Part shown: positions 1 through 8,500 of the stretch, piece by piece
Numbering within the stretch: position 1 is the stretch's first letter
How the letters are laid out: every line of letters starts with the position of its first letter
Source: a candidate division WOR-3 bacterium
Lineage (GTDB): Bacteria; Hydrothermota; Hydrothermia; JBDRYB01
DNA length: 30,721 nucleotides
Direction of reading: 5' to 3'
Assembly (NCBI GenBank): GCA_039803205.1
Contig: JBDRYB010000022.1
Location: 1-30,721 of the forward strand
The notes under the pieces: generated by a model
Databases searched by the model: none
What the model was told of the DNA's origin: nothing
The model's input: the letters and a program-made list of their open reading frames with translations, nothing else
Translations under genes and position numbers: made by a program

Positions 1-220
1 GGGTCTTAACCCATTTGCCCACCCATTCCTTTATCCCTTTGGTGGGTGCCTTTGAGGTTATTATCCTCTGGAAGGCCTCAGAGGCCATATCCCTGCCTGT
101 TTCTCTGAGAGCACACGAGAGCTTCTCTTCAACGAGTTTCATCCAGACCTCAGGTTGATCTATACTTATCTCATCCAGCTCTATCTGGATGCTCACGGTC
201 CTAGTGATCGTGATGTTCAT
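1..220 (-). mobile_element. N-terminus of a probable Mutator-like DDE transposase (ISLre2/ISH6/ISKra4 type), truncated by the window edge
   Basis: Open frame from ATG 220 (AAGGAG RBS at 228-233) to the edge: MNITITRTVSIQIELDEISIDQPEVWMKLVEEKLSCALRETGRDMASEAFQRIITSKAPTKGIKEWVGKWVKT. It resembles the UPF0236/ISLre2 N-terminus (EEK..C..GR.. followed by the xKTxxG strand). An RBS-sequestering inverted repeat and a candidate terminus (GGTTCAGTCCGG on the - strand, starting at 334) lie upstream. The catalytic domain is not visible. Confidence 0.5.
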
Positions 221-278
221 GGGCCATCTCCTTTCATCTTTCCATTTTTTTCCATACCTCTCAGAGGAGGTGGCCCAT
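219..278. repeat. 14-bp inverted repeat covering the RBS and start of the putative transposase
   Basis: ATGGGCCATCTCCT (219-232) versus AGGAGGTGGCCCAT (265-278): 13/14 complementary. Confidence 0.8.
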
Positions 279-350
279 ATTCTAATCCAAAGGCCGAATC
301 CGAGCCAGCTGTGCCCGGAAAACCGGACTGAACCAAATCCGTTAATCAGA

Positions 351-380
351 TTGCGCGGGCGCGCGCGGCCCATTTATAAT
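351..380 (+). promoter_or_regulatory. sigma70-type promoter of secDF
   Basis: TTGCGC (351-356), 18 bp, TATAAT (375-380), then an AGGAGG RBS before GTG 406. Confidence 0.7.
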
Positions 381-405
381 TTGCGCCTAACCAGAGGAGG
401 CACAA

Positions 406-2049
406 GTGAAGGCCCTCAGGTGGAAATTGCTCGTTGTCATAGGAGTGCTCGTGGCCGCTGGGTGGCTCGTCTATCCGACGGTCGTCTATTACTCAAGGTA
501 TTACAATCTCAGCCCCGATGAGAAAGCCCGGGTTCCGAAATCAAAGCTGGAAGGCCTGAAGAAGAAGTCCCTTAACCTCGGGCTTGACCTTCAGGGAGGG
601 ATGTATATCATCCTTGAGGTTGACAGGTCAAAGCTCAGCCCCGAGGAGGCAAAAGACGCCACTGACAGGGCACTTGAGGTCATAAGGAACCGTGTTGATC
701 AGTGGGGCGTATCAGAGCCATCCCTTCAGAAGATAGGCGGGGATAGGATAATGATCCAGCTTCCGGGCGTGATGGACAGGGAGAGGGCGAGGTCCCTTAT
801 AGGCAGAACCGCTCTCCTTGAATTCAAGCTCCTCGCTGACGAGAAGATGACCATAGACCTCCTGGAGCGCATAGACAGAAGGGTGAGCATAGGGGCCTCT
901 GGGGCGCCTGTTGATACGACCGCATCTGCTCCTGCGCCTGAGGTTCCCGAAACAACAGCTACTGCCTCTGATACAACAGGCGTGGCGTCCGGCCCATCAG
1001 GGGCTTTCATGTCCTTGATCAATGTTATGGGCGCGGACTTAGTTGTTCCGGAGGATAATGTGGATTCCGTGAACCGGATCCTAGCAAGGGATGATGTGAA
1101 GGCAATAATGCCGTCGGGATACGAGTTCGTCTGGGGGAGGATTGAGGAAAGCGGTGCGCGCAAATTCCGCAGGTTCTATTTGCTCAAGTCAGAGGCCGAA
1201 TTAACTGGGGCTTACATAACGGATTCCAAGGTTACTGTCGGAGGGGGCAACGATCCCCAGATAGCGAACAAGCCCGTCGTTCTACTTTCCTTCAACAGGC
1301 AGGGAGCGGCCCGTTTCGCGCAGATAACCGGGAGGAATGTTGGGAAAAGGCTCGCGATAATACTTGATGGGACGGTCTATTCCGCGCCGGTTATAAGGGA
1401 AAGGATAGCCGGCGGGAACGCGCAGATAACCGGAATGGAGTCCATGGAGGAAGCAAAGGACCTCTCGGTCGTCCTGAAAGCAGGCGCACTGCCGGCCCCT
1501 GTCAACATCGTTGAGGAGCGAAGCATCGGGCCAACCCTGGGAGGGGATTCGGTAAGGAGCGGGATGATAGCCCTCATCGTGGGTTTCCTCGTGGTCGTTC
1601 TTTTCATGGCTATTTACTATAGGATCGGCGGTCTCATTGCTGATCTCGCTCTGTTCCTCAACCTGTGGCTCATTGTGGCTATCCTCGCTCTGTTTCACGC
1701 GACCCTCACATTCCCGGGTATGGCTGGCCTCATTCTCACCGTGGGTATGGCAGTTGACGCTAATGTTCTCATCTTTGAGCGAATGCGAGAAGAACTCCGG
1801 GCAGGAAAGGGCCCGCGAGCGGCTGTTGAGGCTGGATACAGGCGCTCGACCATAACGATACTTGACTCCAACCTGACGACCATAATAGCCGCGCTGGTCC
1901 TGATGAGGTTCGGAACAGGACCAATAAAGGGCTTTGCGGTTGTCCTGACCATAGGGATAATTGCATCCTTCTTCACAGCGGTTTTCGTGACGCGCATAAT
2001 CTTTGACTATATGACCGTGGTGCGCGAAGCCAAGAAGCTCCCCATATAG
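406..2049 (+). CDS. secD: Protein translocase subunit SecD
   Basis: LGLDLQGG, IRNRVDQWGVSEP, LAIILDG..YSAPVI, LKAGALPAP, GPTLG and GMAVDANVLIFER motifs. GTG start with an AGGAGG RBS. Confidence 0.98.
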   Translation: MKALRWKLLVVIGVLVAAGWLVYPTVVYYSRYYNLSPDEKARVPKSKLEGLKKKSLNLGLDLQGGMYIILEVDRSKLSPEEAKDATDRALEVIRNRVDQWGVSEPSLQKIGGDRIMIQLPGVMDRERARSLIGRTALLEFKLLADEKMTIDLLERIDRRVSIGASGAPVDTTASAPAPEVPETTATASDTTGVASGPSGAFMSLINVMGADLVVPEDNVDSVNRILARDDVKAIMPSGYEFVWGRIEESGARKFRRFYLLKSEAELTGAYITDSKVTVGGGNDPQIANKPVVLLSFNRQGAARFAQITGRNVGKRLAIILDGTVYSAPVIRERIAGGNAQITGMESMEEAKDLSVVLKAGALPAPVNIVEERSIGPTLGGDSVRSGMIALIVGFLVVVLFMAIYYRIGGLIADLALFLNLWLIVAILALFHATLTFPGMAGLILTVGMAVDANVLIFERMREELRAGKGPRAAVEAGYRRSTITILDSNLTTIIAALVLMRFGTGPIKGFAVVLTIGIIASFFTAVFVTRIIFDYMTVVREAKKLPI

Positions 2050-2058
2050 GAGGCAAAA

Positions 2059-2973
2059 ATGAGATACATAAGCTTTTTCCCCTCGGAGCCAAGGGTTAAC
2101 TTCATGGGAATGAGGCTCTGGACATACATAATCTCCGGGGCACTCTTCGTCTTCTCCGTAGCCCTGTTCCTTATAAAAGGCTTCAACCTCGGCATTGATT
2201 TCACGGGTGGCACCCTCATCCAGGTGCATGTTGAGCGCGGCGCTTCCATATCCCAGATGCGGGCCGCAGCGGCCTCGGCCGGGCTCAGCAAGGCCGAGAT
2301 ACAGAGCTTTGGCGAGGCAGGCGAGTTCGTGATAAAATATCAGGAGAACAAGAACCCTGATGATGTGGTAAAGGCCATGGAAACTTCGCTTGGCTCACCG
2401 ATAAGGCTTGACAGGAACGAGCAGGTTGGCCCCAGGATAGGCGCTGAGCTAAGGGAGCAAGCCATCATAGCTTTAGGAATAGGCCTCCTACTCATGCTAA
2501 TATATATCTGGATAAGGTTCAACTTCTGGTTCGGCCTCGCATCAATCATTGCCCTGTTTCATGATGTCATAATAACCATGGGCATATACACCCTTTTGGG
2601 CCTTGAGGTCACGAGCGCGACGGTTGCGGCGGTTCTCACCATAGTTGGGTATTCAATAAACGACTCCATAGTGATATCCGATCGGATAAGGGAGATGCTG
2701 AAGGGAGAAGAAAAAGAGCGCCTTGATTACAGGAGGCTGTTCGCCATATTTAACGAGGCGGTGAACGCCACCCTATCAAGGACTGTGCTCACGGGTGGGA
2801 CAACCCTCATGGTTTTGGTTGGGATACTCGTGCTGGCGGGCCCCATGATCTTTGATTTTGCTTTGGCGCTGACCGTGGGTATTATCGTTGGAACCTATTC
2901 CTCAATATTCATCGTTGCCGCGCTCGTTCTTGACTGGACAGGAAAGAGGAAACCGAAGCCAGAGAAGGCATAG
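2059..2973 (+). CDS. secF: Protein translocase subunit SecF
   Basis: NLGIDFTGG, VGPRIG.EL, ALFHDV, GYSINDSIVISDRIRE and GTYSSIFI motifs. Directly follows secD. Confidence 0.98.
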   Translation: MRYISFFPSEPRVNFMGMRLWTYIISGALFVFSVALFLIKGFNLGIDFTGGTLIQVHVERGASISQMRAAAASAGLSKAEIQSFGEAGEFVIKYQENKNPDDVVKAMETSLGSPIRLDRNEQVGPRIGAELREQAIIALGIGLLLMLIYIWIRFNFWFGLASIIALFHDVIITMGIYTLLGLEVTSATVAAVLTIVGYSINDSIVISDRIREMLKGEEKERLDYRRLFAIFNEAVNATLSRTVLTGGTTLMVLVGILVLAGPMIFDFALALTVGIIVGTYSSIFIVAALVLDWTGKRKPKPEKA

Positions 2974-3053
2974 ATTGTTCCTGCGGATAGTCTGCTCCAC
3001 ACGGAGAAATGTCTTGCTCACCAAGAGCTATCCAAGCGGTGATCCTCTTCAAG

Positions 3054-3365
3054 CTAAATATTCATTCCCATGCCCCTCAGGATGTTCTTGCCTTCCTCTG
3101 TCATCCTGTCCAGTGACCAGGGCGGATCAAATGTTATGTCCACCCTGACGCTCTGAACGCCCTCCAAGGCCTTTATCTTTTCCTCAACCTCTTTGGTTAT
3201 GTAGGCGCCCATTGGACACCCGGGCACGGTGAGGGTCATCAGGATCTCAACATTCCCGTTTTCTATGCTCAGACCGTAAATGAGGCCAAGGTCAACGATG
3301 TTTACCGGAATCTCCGGATCGTAGATGGTTCTCAAAACAGCGTATATAGCTTCTTCCGTAATCAT
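3054..3365 (-). CDS. DUF59/SufT (PaaD/MIP18-like) iron-sulfur cluster assembly factor
   Basis: DPEIPVNIVDLGLIY, MTLTVPGCP and FDPPW motifs typical of FeS_assembly_P. Confidence 0.93.
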   Translation of the reverse strand: MITEEAIYAVLRTIYDPEIPVNIVDLGLIYGLSIENGNVEILMTLTVPGCPMGAYITKEVEEKIKALEGVQSVRVDITFDPPWSLDRMTEEGKNILRGMGMNI

Positions 3366-3373
3366 AAGGAGAG

Positions 3374-3403
3374 ATTATAAGGCCCCAGCTTAGCGGTGGA
3401 CAA
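3374..3403 (-). promoter_or_regulatory. Promoter of the DUF59 gene (near-leaderless)
   Basis: TTGTCC, 18 bp, TATAAT, 8 nt, then ATG. No Shine-Dalgarno sequence. Confidence 0.65.
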
Positions 3404-3498
3404 ATACCGACTTGGCCCTTTCTTATAAGTTAAGATTTTCTGTGAGCGAACGCGGCGCATTTTCTCCGGGACCCAGGGATGGTTTATAATTTGCGCCG

Positions 3499-4362
3499 AT
3501 GAACACATTAATCGTTTCCTTAATCGGCATGGGCATTCTCGCCCTGTTCTTCGCTGTTTTTCTCTTTGTTGCCTACACGAGGCTCTCGGTAAAGGAAGAC
3601 CCTCGGATAGACGAGATCAACAACTCCCTTCCTGGCGCGAACTGCGGAGGATGCGGGTATCCTGGTTGCAGGCAATACGCTGAGGCAATAATAAAGAAGG
3701 AGGGGAAAGTCCCAATTGATCTTTGCGCGCCCGGCGGCCAGGACTCGGTTGAGCGCATAGCGGCCATACTCGGGATTGAAGCGTCCGCGGTGGTGCCAAA
3801 GGTGGCTGTTGTCCTCTGTGGAGGAGCCCGCGAGCTCGCGGAGGACAGAGCAATTTACATCGGTGCAACTAGTTGTAGAGAGGAGCACCTGGTGACCGGA
3901 GGGCACAAAGCCTGCACATACGGTTGTCTCGGCCTCGGTGATTGCGTTTCCGCGTGTCCATTTGATGCCATGTATATGGGGGATGACGGGTTACCCGTTG
4001 TCGTAGAGGAGAAATGCACGGCTTGTGGAAAGTGCGTTGAGGCCTGTCCGAGAGGGATAATGCAACTGGTCCCCAAAACCCAGAGGGTTATCATCCGTTG
4101 CGTGAACCACGATAAAGGTGCTGTTGCCAGGAAGGTCTGCAAGGTCTCGTGTATAGCCTGCACGAAATGCGTGAAAGCCGCTCCAGAGGGCGCGATGCAC
4201 ATGGATGATTTCCTCGCGACCATAGATGATCCGTCCGCGGTTGACGCCAACGCGCAGGCTGTAATTGATTCCTGTCCCACAGCTTGCATAATTGACAGGC
4301 TCGGCATCCTCAAGAAGACACCTGAGGAGCCGGAGAAGAAAGAGGTCGCGGTGGATGCATGA
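3499..4362 (+). CDS. rnfB: Rnf electron transport complex subunit B (polyferredoxin)
   Basis: N-terminal TM helix, EDPR..I...LPGANCGGCGYPGC, CAPGG, CLGLGDCVSACPF and CTACGKCVEACP. TATAAT at 3485-3490 lies 8 nt before the ATG. Confidence 0.92.
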   Translation: MNTLIVSLIGMGILALFFAVFLFVAYTRLSVKEDPRIDEINNSLPGANCGGCGYPGCRQYAEAIIKKEGKVPIDLCAPGGQDSVERIAAILGIEASAVVPKVAVVLCGGARELAEDRAIYIGATSCREEHLVTGGHKACTYGCLGLGDCVSACPFDAMYMGDDGLPVVVEEKCTACGKCVEACPRGIMQLVPKTQRVIIRCVNHDKGAVARKVCKVSCIACTKCVKAAPEGAMHMDDFLATIDDPSAVDANAQAVIDSCPTACIIDRLGILKKTPEEPEKKEVAVDA

Positions 4363-5168
4363 ACCAGTTTTTCAGAAAAAGGATAAGGGGATTCCTTGAA
4401 GAGGACAGGGCATTTTTTGACATAACTGCCTCCTCCGTAGTTCCTGAGGGTAGAACCAGAGCCAGGGTCGTAGCGAGGGCTCCGGGCGTCATGGCTGGCT
4501 TCGGATTCTTCGCAGAGACATTCAGGATCCTTGATCCAGAAGCAAGGAGCGAGCCCCTCGTGAAGGAGGGCGACGAATTCGGGCCAGGAGAGATAGGTTG
4601 GGTTGAGGCTGAGACCAGGAACTTGCTATCAGCTGAGCGGACTGCCCTCAATATCCTCTCAATAACCTGTGGCACAGCAACGAGGACTCGCGATCTCGTA
4701 AAAGCCGTTGAGGGAACGCCTTGCATTGTTCTTGATACCAGAAAAACCCTGCCCGGCCTCCGCGATTTTCAGAAATACGCTGTTCGCGTTGCTGGGGGAC
4801 GCAATCACAGAATAGGGCTTGAGGATATGGTTCTCATAAAAGACAACCACATAGTAGCCGCGGGTGGAATAAAGAAGGCTGTTGAGAGGGCAAGGGCATT
4901 CTGGCCCATGCGCCTTATTGAGGTTGAGGTTCAGTCATGGGGGCAACTTGAGGAGGCTTTCCTGGCCCAGCCAGATGTGATAATGCTTGATAATTTTAGC
5001 CCAGACATGGCAAGGGAGGCTGTGCGTTTCGTGGAAGGCTGGATCAAACTAGAGGCGTCCGGTGGGATAACCCCTGAGAACGCGAGGGCGTATGCTGAGG
5101 CGGGGGTCAACTTCATATCCTCAGGGTGGATAACGAGGGGATGGACGGACATATCTCTGGAGCTGTAG
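4359..5168 (+). CDS. nadC: Quinolinate phosphoribosyltransferase (nicotinate-nucleotide diphosphorylase)
   Basis: ERTALN, DTRKTLPGLR..QKYAV..GG.NHR, LIKDNH, IEVEV, IMLDN and EASGG motifs. ATGA overlap with rnfB. Confidence 0.95.
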   Translation: MNQFFRKRIRGFLEEDRAFFDITASSVVPEGRTRARVVARAPGVMAGFGFFAETFRILDPEARSEPLVKEGDEFGPGEIGWVEAETRNLLSAERTALNILSITCGTATRTRDLVKAVEGTPCIVLDTRKTLPGLRDFQKYAVRVAGGRNHRIGLEDMVLIKDNHIVAAGGIKKAVERARAFWPMRLIEVEVQSWGQLEEAFLAQPDVIMLDNFSPDMAREAVRFVEGWIKLEASGGITPENARAYAEAGVNFISSGWITRGWTDISLEL

Positions 5169-5212
5169 GGTTTTTCGCGTTAGGCCTTAGAGCGGCCGCG
5201 AGCTTAACAATT

Positions 5213-5245
5213 CTGATAAAATCATCTACAAGGGAGCATAATTTG
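5213..5245 (+). promoter_or_regulatory. Candidate promoter with no downstream protein gene
   Basis: CTGATA (5213-5218), 18 bp, CATAAT (5237-5242), TTG. This is the same layout as the other promoters in the window. Confidence 0.5.
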
Positions 5246-5246
5246 T

Positions 5247-5470
5247 GTCTGCTGGGCGGCTCCGGACACGGGGCCTGGGGTTGAACCCGCTAGAAAAACG
5301 AGAAGAAGAGGGGAGGTTCTCTCTCAAACTAGCCAGAAGTTGCAGAGCTCACGATGTTATCTGCGACTGCGCCCCGGAAATCCGTAGTAAAAATCCTCGT
5401 CATGCAGGTGTTTTGCGGCGTTTAATCCTGGCCCAGCGACGCAACCAGAAAGGGGCCTTGTTGGGCCCCC
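5247..5470 (+). ncRNA. Candidate structured non-coding RNA of unknown family (~200-220 nt)
   Basis: Paired ends GCTGGGC/GCCCAGC (5251-5257 with 5431-5437) plus at least five nested helices. G-U pairs favour the + strand. An upstream promoter and a downstream GC hairpin bound it. Confidence 0.5.
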
Positions 5471-5471
5471 T
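5448..5471. terminator. GC hairpin, possible terminator between the ncRNA candidate and the convergent protease gene
   Basis: GGGGCC (5452-5457) pairs with GGCCCC (5464-5469). There is only a short TTT tail on the - strand. Confidence 0.35.
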
Positions 5472-5518
5472 AACGCCACCTCTAATGTGCAGTCAGCCCT
5501 TCATTTTACACATCCTCA

Positions 5519-8500
5519 TCACCTTATTTTGGTTATCTTTTTCGTGAACCTACCCTTGGGATGATCTAGCCTCAGAAAATATACCCCTGAGGCGAGATCT
5601 CTCGTATCCACGACGAGAGCGTGGAACCCTGGCCCTTCTTTTCCAGATACGATCTCCTTAACGCGCCTACCCGAGACATCATATAGCCTCAGGGATACAT
5701 GGGATTCGTCGGGCAAGGAATAGCTTATCAGCGTCTCGTTCCTGAACGGGTTTGGATAAGGGGAATAAAGAGCGAGACTCGGCCTATCGTCACTCTGACC
5801 AGAAGCCAAGGCCTTGGCGTCCGGCAGGACAAACTCCCTGAACCCAGTGTTCCATGGGTCGTGCCTGGGGGAGGGCCAGCTTGAACTGCCGCCTGTTTCC
5901 CACGAATAGAGATACCTCGCGCATGAGGGAAGGATCATGTTCAAAGAGCCATCACCTTCAAGATCAGAAAGCGAGGGGGCTGAGAAGATTATGTTTCCGG
6001 CCCAACCAGCGCCCATTGAGAGGTTTATCGGGAACCCGGGGACAGGCCTTCCCTCCCCATCAACCCCATGGAGGAACCCGTTGAAGGATCCAAAGAAGAT
6101 CTCCTCGTCTCCGTCCCCATCCAGGTCAAGCGTAACAGGATGACATGAGCCAGGCCACCACTCAGCGTGTTTCCTCACCTCTTTTCTCACCCTGGGAACT
6201 CCGTCCTCGCTACATACTATCAGGCTCTCTTTGATCATGACTATCACATCTGGTTTTCCATCCCCGTTAACATCGGATATCGTCGGAGGGGTGTTTGCCT
6301 GAATTGGGCTCAGTCTGGATGGAGGCCTTATGAGACACCCAGCAGAGGTCAACACGCCAATGTATGTTCCTGCTCCACCGTTTCCTGCCACGAGGACTAT
6401 CTCTGGGCCCGGATACGAAGGGTTTAGCTCCGCGATTGAGATGCCTCCTGAGACTGGTGCTATTGAGTCAATCCAGGCGGGAAAGCCCTTGATCTCGGTC
6501 CAGTCAGGCTTGAAGGCGTGCAGAAGCCCTTTGTAGGTCTGGGGATCGTAGTGGCAGTCAAGTATCTCAGCCTTGCCGTCCCCATCAAGGTCAGCTATGG
6601 CAGGGAAAAGTGTGCCGCTCGCGCCGGGGTTGTGGTGAGAGTCCTCAGAGGGATCGGAGCGGAACTGGTGGAGGAACCCACGCTCATCCTTCGCTATGAG
6701 CTCAGGGTTTCCATCGCCATTAAGATCCCCCATCATGAGGAATATCACCCTCCCGCCCTCAACGAACCTGGGCCAAGATTCAGCAACTGAGCCATCAGCA
6801 CCAAAAGCGTAGATGTAGCTTCCCTCAGGGAAGCTCACGCTCGCTATGATCTCGGGAACGCCGTCTCCTGTTACATCACCTATAACAGGTGTTGCGTATA
6901 TACTGGCTCCTGGGAATTGCTTTGGCCACCCTGGGAGCTCCTCTCCATCCGCTCCAAGTAGATGTATGTAATCCTTGAGTCCGGCCACAACTATCTCCTT
7001 TCCTGGCCTCGCCGGATCAAGCTCAAAAGCCTGGGCCCATGGATAACCTATCCCTGGAAGATAAACTGGGTTGAAGGGGCCGGGGTTCGGGTTTCTCCTT
7101 TCGGAAACGGGCTCAGAAGGCTCCCCTTCGTTCAGATACTGATCGCATGAGGAGACTTTCCAGTAATACACCCGGTCGTCCCCAAGCATGTCAAGGAAGG
7201 AGGCTTCGGATACCGCTGATGAGACCAGCTCATATGGCCCCTCGCGCGAGCCTGCCCTGTAGACCCTGTAGAACTTTGCGCCGCTCTGCTTTGCCCAGGT
7301 TAGCCTGACCCCTCCTTGCTCCGGAAACGCCTTCACTGAGACAGGAGAAGGTGGGGGGTCCCTCAGAACCACCGAGTATGCCTTATGAGACCCCCCACCG
7401 ATCTCCAGGAGGAGTGTTAGGGAGCTGATGCTCTGGGGTATTACTAGGTGCCTTCTGTAGCCTGTGTGTTCTCCCGGGCCTACCCGCCCGAGCTTGATCT
7501 TGGCGAGGGTATCAGAACCAAGGATCGCGTAGCAGGCGACCTTCCTGGCCGGGGCCTGTCCGGAGTTCATTACATCAGGATAAACATGCCTCGTGCCCCC
7601 CTCGTCGTTCCACTTCATTCCGGCCAGCTCCACCGAGGGCCCGTAGGCCATTAGCCTGAAGGAATCAATCCTTGAAGCATCAGGCCACTCTGAGATGACC
7701 CAGAAGCTCAGATATGCCGTTGGCGGCGTGTTCTCTGATGCGACCGCGTCAAACCAAAGGACCTTCTCCTCGCCAGCCGAGATGTTTGTCAATCTAAAGG
7801 TAAGGCCACCCGGTCCCATAGGAGCCGCGGTTCTTTCAACCAAGGGAAGAAGGGTTGAGAGGGTATCACTCCTTACCGTGCAGTTCAACGGGCCTGTTGG
7901 GCGTGTCCCGGTGTTTCTCAGGGATAATCTCACCCGAAATGTGTCACCAGCCATAGGTATCGTTCCCTCAGGCCATGTAGAGAGCGAAACCGACAGGATT
8001 GATCCGGCGTGGAGCACGGGAACCCGAGCCAGATACGGTCTGAAGTCGTGAGATGTCACGGTCATCTGCACGGTATCATCCGGGATCGCAAGCCCCTCAA
8101 ATACTGCGCCACCCCTCGCGTCCGTCTGCTCTATTTCATGAGTTCCTGGGCCCGTCAGGGTTACAGTGGCTCCGGGAACGGGTTTGCCCTGCCAGGTTAC
8201 CCGAACCTCAAACCTCCTGCCTACAACGGTATCATATGAGCACTCAAAGGCCTTTGGCTCTCCTGTCCAGAGCTCCGTGGCTGGGTCTCCCATGAGGTTG
8301 TAGGCAAAAAGAAGGTGCCTGGCCATTGGGCTGGTTGTCGCCATGCCAGCCCACCCGCTCTTCGCGGTGAGGTCAGCCTGGCCAGCGTAGAAAAGCCCTC
8401 TGCTCAGGATGTTGACGAAAACGCTTTCGGCCATGAGGGTCCCGTAATCCGCGAAATCGAGCTTTCCGGAGCCCAAGCTAACAACAGAGCCTCCGGTGGG

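Noticed and set aside
189..521. 110-aa + strand ORF
   Set aside because: It overlaps the secD promoter and start and the antisense transposase-like ORF, with no recognisable features.
5247..5470. Resemblances to SAM-I (CTGGCCC..GCAACC), RNase P CR-V (CAGAAAGGGGC), glmS (TGACGAGG on the - strand), FMN/c-di-AMP riboswitches and a tRNA-like ACCA end
   Set aside because: Each is a short isolated match. The partner conserved elements are missing and there is no downstream regulated gene.
5245..5547. 100-aa + strand ORF in the nadC-protease gap
   Set aside because: No convincing RBS or motif, atypical composition, and it overlaps the protease stop. The base-pairing pattern explains the region better.
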